DNA of 42,621 nt from a virus. How positions within the stretch are numbered: the stretch's first letter is position 1; each line of letters begins with the position of its first letter. Below the pieces are notes generated by a model. It searched no databases and was not told where the DNA came from. It saw nothing but the letters and a program-made list of their open reading frames with translations. The DNA lies in the IMG/VR virus record IMGVR_UViG_3300043681_000019, positions 1 through 42,621 of that record. One strand, written 5' to 3'. The position numbers and the translations under genes are program-made. Positions 23,880-31,222 of this stretch are shown here, one piece after another.

Positions 23880-25045
23880 GCCTGATTCGCGCTGATGCTC
23901 GCTCGCTCCCGATCGCTGATGGCGTCGTGAACTGCTGCGTCACGTCGCCGCCGTACTTCGGACTCCGCGATTACGGAACCGCGACATGGGACGGTGGCGA
24001 CCCAGACTGCGCGCACACGGGCCGCTTGAAGCCACAGCGGGATACGCACGGGCAAGGCGTGAGCAAGGGCCGATTTTCCGACACCAGAGGGACGCAACCA
24101 GCGAAGCGAGCCACAACTATCCCGGTACGCGAGGTGTGTCGGTGTGGCGCTCGCCGGATCGATCGGCAGATTGGCGTGGAGGCCTCTCCGGATGCGTACG
24201 TTGCGGCACTGGTCGCCGTCTTCCGAGAAGTGCGGCGAGTGCTCACTGACGACGGTACGTGCTGGGTCAATCTCGGGGACTCCCACAACAACAGCGACAA
24301 GTGGGGCGGTGGCTCCTCAAGCGTCGGCAAGCACAAGCGCCTCGGAGGCGAACAGCCTTCAGCGGGCGTCCGCCGTCGCTGGCGTGGCATAGAAGGCACG
24401 AAGTCGAAAGACTTGTTGATGATTCCGGCAATCGTCGCGCTGGCGCTGCGGACTGATGGGTGGTACTTGCGCTCGGACATCATCTGGGCAAAGCCGAACC
24501 CGATGCCGGAATCGGTGACGGACCGGCCGACCAAGTCTCACGAGCACCTGTTCCTACTCACGAAGTCGGCGAAGTATTACTACGACGCGAAGGCTATCAG
24601 CGAACCGTGTGCTGGACTGAACCTCCATGACATCACCGGTTCTAGCTATGTTGCACCAGGGCAGACGCCGCACACCGGGACACGACGCAGTGGCAACACG
24701 ACGCGTGTGTTGGGGAATGAACGTGGGCGGCCTAGCTCGCACCTCGGTGCCAGTATCCCCTGGGAAGGCACCACCCGAAACAAGCGCGACGTGTGGACCG
24801 TGCCGACGCAGCCGTATATGGGCGCCCACTTCGCCACGATGCCTGAAGCGTTAGTAGAACCGTGCATTCTTGCCGGCGCTCCTATCGGTGGGTTAGTGCT
24901 CGATCCGTTCTGCGGGAGTGGGACGGTGCTGGCCGTCGCGGAGCGATTGAGTCGCCGGAGTGTTGGGACGGACCTAAACTATCAAGGCTTGGCGGCCGAG
25001 CGCATCGCACAGCGCGGACTGATGTTTGAGGAGGCCGTGTCGTGA
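23876..25045 (+). CDS. Orphan beta-class DNA methyltransferase (N4-C or N6-A; 389 aa)
   Basis: Motif IV TSPPY lies near the N-terminus and motif I LDPFCGSGT near the C-terminus. Also IIWAKPNPMPESV and TKSHEHLFLLTKS. No partner endonuclease is present. Confidence 0.9.
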   Translation: MSLIRADARSLPIADGVVNCCVTSPPYFGLRDYGTATWDGGDPDCAHTGRLKPQRDTHGQGVSKGRFSDTRGTQPAKRATTIPVREVCRCGARRIDRQIGVEASPDAYVAALVAVFREVRRVLTDDGTCWVNLGDSHNNSDKWGGGSSSVGKHKRLGGEQPSAGVRRRWRGIEGTKSKDLLMIPAIVALALRTDGWYLRSDIIWAKPNPMPESVTDRPTKSHEHLFLLTKSAKYYYDAKAISEPCAGLNLHDITGSSYVAPGQTPHTGTRRSGNTTRVLGNERGRPSSHLGASIPWEGTTRNKRDVWTVPTQPYMGAHFATMPEALVEPCILAGAPIGGLVLDPFCGSGTVLAVAERLSRRSVGTDLNYQGLAAERIAQRGLMFEEAVS

Positions 25046-25275
25046 CGCTGCCCCTGCTCGAGGAGGAGGCCGCCGTCTTGGCCGACATGCGCCGCGTGGG
25101 CGGCTTCCGGTCGGACGAGGACACGGTCAAGGGCGCGCTCTGGTGGTATGCGCGGTTTCTCGATCTCGACATCCACCCGGACGTGTTCGCGTTGTCGCTG
25201 CCGGAACGGCACGCGCGGATGCTGGTGCCAGATGGCGACCAAGGCGAATTGTTTGTGCCAGAGGTCGGCGCATGA
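25042..25275 (+). CDS. Hypothetical protein (77 aa)
   Basis: GTGA overlap at 25042 and ATGA overlap at 25272. Confidence 0.5.
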   Translation: MTLPLLEEEAAVLADMRRVGGFRSDEDTVKGALWWYARFLDLDIHPDVFALSLPERHARMLVPDGDQGELFVPEVGA

Positions 25276-25589
25276 CGCCGGAATCAGAGAAAGGGCCTGG
25301 ACTGATGGCCGCTGAACTGAAAATTACCACCAAGGAATTGCTGTCGCGTATTTGCGATGCGAGCGATGGGGGCGTGCCGAAGGTCGCCATCTTTCGTCCG
25401 GCCATCACTCGGGCCCGACGAGCGAAAACCGGAGTCACGACGATCCAGTTGATGGTCAAGACGGATGAGTTCTCGCCGAATGACCTGCTCGAGGATGGTC
25501 TCTGGGCCTGTCTGGCAATTGGCACATGCGCGCAAATACAACGGCTGATGCGTGACGCCGACATGGGACGGGCTAAGGAGCCAGCATGA
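25272..25589 (+). CDS. Hypothetical protein (105 aa)
   Basis: ATGA overlaps at both ends. Confidence 0.55.
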   Translation: MTPESEKGPGLMAAELKITTKELLSRICDASDGGVPKVAIFRPAITRARRAKTGVTTIQLMVKTDEFSPNDLLEDGLWACLAIGTCAQIQRLMRDADMGRAKEPA

Positions 25590-26302
25590 CGTCCCAGCCT
25601 GACGTGCACATCCGCCGCACCACCTTCGAGCGCATTGAACACTTGCGCCGACGCGTCGCCGAGACGACGGTCACGCTCGGCCGCGCGAGCCGCGAGAAGA
25701 AAGACGCGCAAGAGGCGTTCAATGCCGCGACGATGAATTTGTCATCGGCGGTGTCCGACATGCTCGACGAAGTGAACGGCGTCGCGAAGTTCCCATTGTT
25801 CGACTCGATGACCGACCAGATCGCGGCGGCGCAGGCCGATCCCGTCGTCCAGAAGTTGATCACGCGGATGCTCGAGCATGAGATCACGTCGGTCAACGCG
25901 CTGATTGTGGCCGGCTACAGCGAGGCCCAACGGCACGAGCTGGCGACGTATCTCGATGCGCTCGACGCGCACAAGCAAGCTGTGGCGAACGATGCGCCGC
26001 AGTTACCGGAGCTGCCCGGGGTACCCGCCTTTCTCGCGCCGGCGGACGTGTCCCCGGCGGACATTGAGGCCCTGGCGGCACGCGTCGCCAATCAAGGGCT
26101 GATGCTGACGCCAGAGCACATAGCCGCGGTGCCCCCCGACGGGTGGACCGCGGTTGAGGCGTGGGTCAGCGAGTGCGAGCGCATCAAGTTCGAGAAGGGC
26201 GAGGCGCTCGTGATGGACGACTTACCCGCGGCGCCGGCGTGTCTCGTGCAACCGCCCGTCCCCACTGGCAAGAAGGCGCGGAAGGGACGGGCCGTCGCAT
26301 GA
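25586..26302 (+). CDS. Hypothetical protein (238 aa)
   Basis: AAGGAG at 25575-25580 precedes the ATG. Helical, acidic composition. Confidence 0.65.
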   Translation: MTSQPDVHIRRTTFERIEHLRRRVAETTVTLGRASREKKDAQEAFNAATMNLSSAVSDMLDEVNGVAKFPLFDSMTDQIAAAQADPVVQKLITRMLEHEITSVNALIVAGYSEAQRHELATYLDALDAHKQAVANDAPQLPELPGVPAFLAPADVSPADIEALAARVANQGLMLTPEHIAAVPPDGWTAVEAWVSECERIKFEKGEALVMDDLPAAPACLVQPPVPTGKKARKGRAVA

Positions 26303-26532
26303 GGAGACGACGGTCGGAATTCTTCGCGACGTGCTCAACGGCCACGCTGCGCGCGATCGGATCGAAAGGCGGCACGACACGCGCCCGGAATTGGGAACGG
26401 CGCGTCCTGACGACGACGGCGAAGTGTGCGGACCGGGAGACGGCCGTGCTGCTGGCGTACCAGATGGGCCAGCGCGCGGCGTACCGCAAGCGGGCATGGG
26501 CGAAGCGCGCCACGTCGGAGCGTGCCGCATGA
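26299..26532 (+). CDS. Hypothetical basic protein (77 aa)
   Basis: ATGA overlaps at both ends. Confidence 0.45.
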   Translation: MRRRRSEFFATCSTATLRAIGSKGGTTRARNWERRVLTTTAKCADRETAVLLAYQMGQRAAYRKRAWAKRATSERAA

Positions 26533-26918
26533 CGATCAGCCGTGACCCGGCTGATGTCGCCGAGGCCCGCGCGCAGATCGCCCGTGGCGGGCGCCGGGGC
26601 CGCCGGGCGAAGTACGCCGCGGTGCCGACCATCGTCGACGGGCATCGCTTCGCGTCGAAGCGGGAAGCGCATCGGTACGGCGAACTCTGCCAGCTCGCGC
26701 GGGCCGGCCACATTCGCGACCTGCAGTTGCAACCGGTCTTTCCGATCGTCCTCGACGGCCGGCAGGTGAGCGCGTACCGGGCGGATTTTCAATACGTGAA
26801 CGCGACGACCGGCGAGGTGTTCGTCGAAGACGTGAAGGGGATGCGGACGCCCGTGTACATCCTGAAGAAAAAACTCATCGAGGCGTTGTATCCGTTTGAG
26901 ATTCGGGAGGTCCGATGA
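26529..26918 (+). CDS. DUF1064-family protein (putative nuclease/resolvase-like, 129 aa)
   Basis: KYAAVPTIVDGHRFASKREAHRYGELCQLARAGHIRDLQLQP...YRADFQYV...VEDVKGMRTPVYILKKKL. Confidence 0.75.
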   Translation: MTISRDPADVAEARAQIARGGRRGRRAKYAAVPTIVDGHRFASKREAHRYGELCQLARAGHIRDLQLQPVFPIVLDGRQVSAYRADFQYVNATTGEVFVEDVKGMRTPVYILKKKLIEALYPFEIREVR

Positions 26919-27139
26919 CGTGGATCGACGGCGAGGCGCGGATCGATCTCTCCTGTCCCACTTGCGGGGCCGTGTGGCAAGCGCCGGCCCTCGTGGCGGG
27001 GGTGTGGTGGGCGCCCGGGATTACGCCGGCCGCGATCGCGGCCCGCTGCTGGTGCCCGTATTGCCGCACGCCCCCGCCGATGGCCCCCGCGCCGCCGGCG
27101 CCGCTCGTTCACGCGCGTTCCCTGGAGACTGCCTCATGA
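26915..27139 (+). CDS. Small Zn-ribbon-like protein (74 aa)
   Basis: ATGA overlaps at both ends. Contains CPTCG...CPYC. Confidence 0.45.
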   Translation: MTWIDGEARIDLSCPTCGAVWQAPALVAGVWWAPGITPAAIAARCWCPYCRTPPPMAPAPPAPLVHARSLETAS

Positions 27140-27561
27140 GCCTGATCCGATCCTGCGTGGTCGTCCTTCTCGCTGTCGTCACGATCGCGTGCGGCGATAC
27201 GGTGATCAACCTGCCCACCAATCCATCGGCCACCACGAACGCGACGACGACGCCCACGGTCGTGCATCACACGATCGTGTTCCGCGTGCTGGGGAATACG
27301 ACCAGTGCGCGCGTGCGGTATTCGACGCCGCTCGATGGCTTGGGGCAAGTGGTGACCTCGCTCCCGTACTTCAACAGCCTCTCGACGACGGGGGACAGCA
27401 TGTTCCTCTCGCTCGAGGCGACGCCGATCAGTTATGGCTTCGGCATCCTCTATCCCTTCTTGAGCGTGCAGATCGTCGTCGACAATACCGTCTTCAGAGA
27501 AGCCACCACTCAAGACTTCACGCTCGCCCCGCTGGCCGTCAGTGGGCAATGGCGACAGTAA
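27136..27561 (+). CDS. Putative lipoprotein (141 aa)
   Basis: MSLIRSCVVVLLAVVTIAC looks like a signal peptide with a lipobox-like TIAC. Thr-rich linker. Confidence 0.6.
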   Translation: MSLIRSCVVVLLAVVTIACGDTVINLPTNPSATTNATTTPTVVHHTIVFRVLGNTTSARVRYSTPLDGLGQVVTSLPYFNSLSTTGDSMFLSLEATPISYGFGILYPFLSVQIVVDNTVFREATTQDFTLAPLAVSGQWRQ

Positions 27562-27586
27562 CCCGTCCGCCCAGATTGGAGGTTCG

Positions 27587-27802
27587 ATGACGCTCGCCCT
27601 GCTGCCGTCGCTGCTGCTCGCGGTGCAACCGCTCATGACACCGGATGTCGTCCGGCTGCTGGTCGTGATCGTGATTCTCGGTGTCTGTTTGTGGCTGATT
27701 CAAACCTACGTGCCAATGGCCGCGCCGCTCAAAACGCTGCTCACGATCGTGGTCGTCCTCGTGATCGTGCTGTGGCTCCTCCGCACGTTCGCGCTGATTT
27801 GA
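27587..27802 (+). CDS. Small two/three-TM membrane protein (71 aa), holin candidate
   Basis: GGAGG at 27577-27581. Contains LLVVIVILGVCLWLIQTYVPMAAPLKTLLTIVVVLVIVLWLLRTF, which resembles Thivi_2564-type small membrane proteins (from memory). Confidence 0.65.
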   Translation: MTLALLPSLLLAVQPLMTPDVVRLLVVIVILGVCLWLIQTYVPMAAPLKTLLTIVVVLVIVLWLLRTFALI

Positions 27803-27803
27803 C

Positions 27804-27887
27804 GTGGCCATCCGTGGGCCCGAGCAACGCGGGCTCGTGCTGTTGATCGTGGTGACGCTGGTCTTGCTGTGGCTGGCAGCCCGGTAA
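27804..27887 (+). CDS. Possible 27-aa single-TM peptide
   Basis: The GTG lies 1 nt after the upstream stop. Translation: VAIRGPEQRGLVLLIVVTLVLLWLAAR. Confidence 0.25.
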   Translation: MAIRGPEQRGLVLLIVVTLVLLWLAAR

Positions 27888-27889
27888 AT

Positions 27890-28180
27890 CTAGCGTCGGC
27901 CCGACCAGTAGTCGGGGCGGCGTTTGGCGTGCATGACGGCGACGATCCGAATCCGATCGGCGTGGGCTCGGTACAGGAGCGCATAGGGGAAGTGCGCGCA
28001 GAGTCGCCGGCGAATGGTGCCCCGCACGATGGGACCGGCGCGTGGATACTCCACGATCGCGTCCACCGTGCGTCGCACGTCCGCTAAAAACTCACGAGAG
28101 AGATCAGTCTGTTCCGCGTTGTAGTACAGGACCGCGTCGGTGGTTTCGCGGGTGGCGCGTCGATCAAACGTGACGATCAC
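27890..28180 (-). CDS. ParE/RelE-family type II toxin (96 aa from GTG 28180)
   Basis: FLADVRRTVDAIVEYPRAGPIV.GTIRRRLCAHFPYALLYRAHADRIRIVAVMHAKRRP. Overlaps the antitoxin stop by 17 nt. Confidence 0.8.
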   Translation of the reverse strand: MIVTFDRRATRETTDAVLYYNAEQTDLSREFLADVRRTVDAIVEYPRAGPIVRGTIRRRLCAHFPYALLYRAHADRIRIVAVMHAKRRPDYWSGRR

Positions 28181-28400
28181 GCAGCAACGCCTCCATCTCT
28201 CGGAACACGTCTTCGGCAGGAATGCCCTCGGCCGTGCCGGCGTCCATTTCATCCGCGCGCCGTTCGGCTTCCTCGGCCCAGAGGCGCAGGTGTTCCTCGG
28301 GCGACAGTTCATCCAGACTTTCGATCAGCCGGTGCGCCAGGCGCGCCCGGCCTGAGAGATCCAGTTGCAACGCCGCGGCTTCAAGTTCATCAATCAGCAT
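28164..28400 (-). CDS. Addiction-module antitoxin (Unstab_antitox-like, 78 aa)
   Basis: AGGAGG lies 10 nt upstream of the ATG. Contains LQLDLSGRARLAHRLIESLDE...LWAEEAERRADEMDAG. Confidence 0.8.
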   Translation of the reverse strand: MLIDELEAAALQLDLSGRARLAHRLIESLDELSPEEHLRLWAEEAERRADEMDAGTAEGIPAEDVFREMEALLRDRHV

Positions 28401-28416
28401 AACCGTGGGCCTCCTG

Positions 28417-28593
28417 TTAGGTCGTCTCGTCGGCGACGGGCCGGTACTTCTTCGGGCGCCGTTGCGGGACCGTCGGCGCCGTGCGCCAGTATGGCGACTT
28501 ACACTTCGCGCAGCATTTCGGCATGGGCGCGGTCAACGGCCGCCGGACCCACTGATGCCCGCACCGGTGGCACTGACAGACCGTCACCTTCAT
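28417..28593 (-). CDS. Zn-ribbon protein (58 aa; below the track cutoff)
   Basis: MKVTVCQCHRCGHQWVRRPLTAPMPKCCAKCKSPYWRTAP..., with two CxxC pairs. Directly upstream of the TA pair. Confidence 0.5.
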   Translation of the reverse strand: MKVTVCQCHRCGHQWVRRPLTAPMPKCCAKCKSPYWRTAPTVPQRRPKKYRPVADETT

Positions 28594-28742
28594 AGACCAC
28601 TATCCTATACCGGCCCGCGATCCCTTCGCGCGAAGCGTCATCCACACGTCATACACGAGCGCCCCGTACGCGCCCTTTCCTAATACCTTGTCCATCGACG
28701 CTTCCACGGTCAGCCCCTGCGGGCAGTGTCTCAGTTTGAAAT

Positions 28743-28895
28743 TCAGTTTGCCTGTTTGCGCAAACTTTCTGAATCGACGCCGAAGAATTGAGCAAGCGCC
28801 TTTGCAGATTGAGACACTACCCCCCCCTGCGCATGCAGTGCCAGAATTCGCGCGCTGATCATCGCGGCTTTCTCTGTTGTGATGTGTGTGGTCAT
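28743..28895 (-). CDS. Small possible HTH protein (50 aa; below the track cutoff)
   Basis: GGAGGA lies 11 nt upstream of the ATG. Translation: MTTHITTEKAAMISARILALHAQGGVVSQSAKALAQFFGVDSESLRKQAN. Contains a C8/G8 run at 28820-28827. Confidence 0.4.
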   Translation of the reverse strand: MTTHITTEKAAMISARILALHAQGGVVSQSAKALAQFFGVDSESLRKQAN

Positions 28896-28897
28896 GG

Positions 28898-29306
28898 TTA
28901 GAAGTCCTCCGGAAACCCGATCGTCACGCCGTCCCCATCGGCCACTGCCAGCAGTCGCACGCGCGCGCGCCCCACCTTGACCGAGACCGGCGCCCGGTTC
29001 TCACCCCGCGGGAACGCCCCACGCAGCGCCAGGGACGCCATCCAGAGCACGTCATGCGCCCGTCCGCGGGTGTTGCCACTGCGTGACGTGCCCTCGACCT
29101 GTACGGCTGCCCACAGCGCCCGCGTGAACACCACCGGCACGCGGAACCCGCCCAAGAACCCTTTGTCCGCGCTCGCCCGCCTGCGCGCGTGTGTAGGCCG
29201 AGATCACCTCCGCCTCGCCCCAGAACCCCTCCAGCCCCAAATCCTTCCCGGTCTTGATCGTCGTCGTCATATCTGTGCTGTCCCCTTGTGTCTTGGGAGT
29301 GCTCAT
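28898..29306 (-). pseudogene. Frameshifted gene: N-terminal part in the frame of track ORF 29052..29354, C-terminal part in the frame of 28898..29155
   Basis: Both halves look protein-like (MTTTIKTGKDLGLEGFWGEAEVISAYTRAQA / DKGFLGGFRVPVVFTRALW...HDVLWMASLALRG...VTIGFPEDF). They join with a 1-nt shift near 29165-29180. Each frame degenerates into Arg/Gly junk beyond that point. Confidence 0.55.
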
Positions 29307-29366
29307 GCCCTCCGCGCGGTCCTGGAGCCCGCACCAGCTCGAGGACCGACGCAAGGCAGGAACCCG

Positions 29367-29669
29367 CTAGGCCGCTTGCGCCTGGGCCGCTTCGTATTCC
29401 GCGAACGCGGCCAAGATGGCCTCGCGCAGCCGGTCTTGCGCGGCCTGGTCTTCACACGGCCGGAGCAGCGCGAACGACCGCCGCTCGCCATTGATGGAGT
29501 ACTGCCGGGCCGGAAACGTCACGTTCCGTCCGCCGCTCCGTCGTTCCCAAATCGCGAAGCCGACCAACTTGAGGCCATCGAACGGCCCGCCCGTGAATCG
29601 CAGCTCCGCATCAGCCAGCTTGCCGACTGGCGATTTCTCATTGGGGAGGAAATGGAACGTCATGGTCAT
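29367..29669 (-). CDS. SpoVG-like nucleic-acid-binding protein (100 aa)
   Basis: LADAELRFTGGPFDGLKLVGFAIWERRSGGRNVTFPARQYSINGERRSFALLRP...DRLREAILAAF resembles the SpoVG fold pattern. Confidence 0.55.
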   Translation of the reverse strand: MTMTFHFLPNEKSPVGKLADAELRFTGGPFDGLKLVGFAIWERRSGGRNVTFPARQYSINGERRSFALLRPCEDQAAQDRLREAILAAFAEYEAAQAQAA

Positions 29670-29750
29670 GGTGTGGTGTCCTGGTGTGCGACGTGCTCTC
29701 GGGCATCGCGTCCGGCGGGGCCCGACATGGGCCCGGCGAAGATTGAAAAG

Positions 29751-30101
29751 CTAGAAGAGGGACGATTGACGCGGCTGGGTTTCCGCCGGCGCCGTCAAGG
29801 TGAACGACTGCGCCGGCAACGCGAACTGTGGCAGCGCGAGTTCGAGCCCACGTACGTGTTCCGCGCCCGGGAGTGCCGGCCATGTGTCGGCCTCGGTCAA
29901 GCGAATCTGGCCTGCCCACCGTTCGACCCGCACGGCATCCGACATCGGCACGCTATCGACCAAGCCAAAGAGCCCGTATTCCGTCCACGCTTGCCCGACC
30001 ACCCACCGATGGCCGCCAGGCGTGTTCGCCCGCACAATCCACCGGTCGCTTTGCGCCATCATGAGCCACCGGTCCGCGTTCGCCGTCGTCGAATTCGTCA
30101 T
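29751..30101 (-). CDS. Hypothetical protein (116 aa), first gene of the accessory operon
   Basis: The internal ATG (30101) of track ORF 29751..30245 lies exactly 6 nt downstream of a consensus -10 element. Trp-rich, normal composition. Confidence 0.6.
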   Translation of the reverse strand: MTNSTTANADRWLMMAQSDRWIVRANTPGGHRWVVGQAWTEYGLFGLVDSVPMSDAVRVERWAGQIRLTEADTWPALPGAEHVRGLELALPQFALPAQSFTLTAPAETQPRQSSLF

Positions 30102-30107
30102 GCCGAA

Positions 30108-30136
30108 ATCATAAACCACTGGTATATGATTGTCAA
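30108..30136 (-). promoter_or_regulatory. Consensus promoter TTGACA-17-TATGAT (minus strand) with an overlapping 23-bp dyad
   Basis: rc(30131-30136) is TTGACA, the spacer is 17 nt, and rc(30108-30113) is TATGAT. The ATG follows 6 nt later. ATCATAAACCA-C-TGGTATATGAT (30108-30130) is a 10/11 + 10/11 palindrome. Confidence 0.6.
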
Positions 30137-30404
30137 GCGTCCCGTGTATCCATTCGCTGCATATGCCCCAGGAGAGTGGAAAAAATTGTGCATACGTGAT
30201 ACTTCGATGCCGCAACACGCTCGGCCCGCTCTTGTTCAGATCCACATCCCCACGCGCTCACGTCGGGACGGCGTGCCGCCCACGACACGCCCCCGCTCCG
30301 GTCTCGACGCCAGGAGGGCGACACGTCGCCCGTCTCGGAACCGGAGAAAAACCCAGCGCGACGCGAAAACATTGGAGCCCGCCGGTGGTATCCTGCGGTT
30401 CGTG

Positions 30405-30638
30405 ATGACTGAACATTCCGACCCCCTCGTTTCTCCGGTTGCTTCGTCAGATTCTGCGGAATTTGCGCGGTATGTGGGCGATGGCGTGTACGTGAAACGC
30501 ACCCCGTCGCATGTTGTCTTGACCACGTCGAACGGCAGCGAGACCACGAACACGATTTACTTGGAAGCTGAGGTCGTGCGCGCGTTGCGGGCCTGGTTCC
30601 GTCACGTCATCGACCACGAACGCGGCGACGCGGAGTAG
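30405..30638 (+). CDS. Hypothetical protein (77 aa; the only credible part of track ORF 28977..30638)
   Basis: MTEHSDPLVSPVASSDSAEFARYVGDGVYVKRTPSHVVLTTSNGSETTNTIYLEAEVVRALRAWF has normal composition. Immediately upstream of terS. Confidence 0.5.
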   Translation: MTEHSDPLVSPVASSDSAEFARYVGDGVYVKRTPSHVVLTTSNGSETTNTIYLEAEVVRALRAWFRHVIDHERGDAE

Positions 30639-30641
30639 GCC

Positions 30642-31055
30642 GTGCCGACGTACGACCAGTGCTCGACGCCCGTGAATCGCCGTGCGGACATTGCGCGCGC
30701 GAATGGGAAGTTGGGCGGTCGGCCTCGCGGCTCCAAGAATCGCAAGACGTTGATTCGTGAACGGGCGGAGCAGCTTATCGAGGACAAGCGACTCGAGTTC
30801 AACCAGGCCGTGGCCGAGAAGGCGAGAGCGTTGCTCGACCGGCAGGTGGAAATCACGCAGCAGAGCGAGAACTACAGCGCGGCCAACAGCGCCATCGACT
30901 CGTTGCTTGACAGAGCGTTCGGGCGCCCGTCGCCGAGACTGGAACAGGTGAGTACCCTCGGTCGTGAACCCGTGACGATTGTGAACGTCTACGCGCCTGG
31001 GACCGAACCGCACGTGGTGAAGCTGCTCAACGGGCGGATTGTCGACACCCCATGA
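30642..31055 (+). CDS. terS: Putative small terminase subunit / DNA-binding protein (137 aa)
   Basis: NGKLGGRPRGSKNRKT motif followed by a helical region. Located upstream of terL. Confidence 0.55.
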   Translation: MPTYDQCSTPVNRRADIARANGKLGGRPRGSKNRKTLIRERAEQLIEDKRLEFNQAVAEKARALLDRQVEITQQSENYSAANSAIDSLLDRAFGRPSPRLEQVSTLGREPVTIVNVYAPGTEPHVVKLLNGRIVDTP

Positions 31056-31067
31056 CGTACACGCCAG

Positions 31068-31217
31068 GTGGACGGGTCTTTCGACTGCGGTACACGCAGG
31101 AAGGTGGGCACATCCATATGGCAGAAGAACGGCGACCTCGTGGTTGATGAGCGGTCCTGGCCCGTGTTCCTCGCCCTCGCGGAATCCGCGGGTATCGACG
31201 TGCTCGAAGACGAGTAG
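31068..31217 (+). CDS. Possible small protein (49 aa) in frame with and just after the terS stop
   Basis: GTG at 31068. The sequence ...IWQKNGDLVVDERSWPVFLALAESAGIDVLEDE looks protein-like and fills the terS-terL gap. Confidence 0.25.
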   Translation: MDGSFDCGTRRKVGTSIWQKNGDLVVDERSWPVFLALAESAGIDVLEDE

Positions 31218-31222
31218 CCCCC

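Noticed and set aside
30366-30404. A third leaderless-type promoter in front of 30405..30638
   Set aside because: TATCCT (30389-30394) is a possible -10 element. The best -35 candidate (TTGGAG) is only 11 nt away, and nothing better sits at 17 nt.
28977-30638. 553-aa plus-strand ORF spanning the accessory region
   Set aside because: It crosses four better-supported minus-strand genes and a promoter region, and it is Arg/Pro-rich throughout. Only the last 77 codons (30405..30638) look like protein and were kept.
31053-31055. Genome-wide TGA recoding (alternative genetic code)
   Set aside because: More than 20 genes end in TGA within ATGA stop-start overlaps, and the downstream gene clearly begins there. 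TGA therefore functions as a stop, and the standard bacterial code fits.
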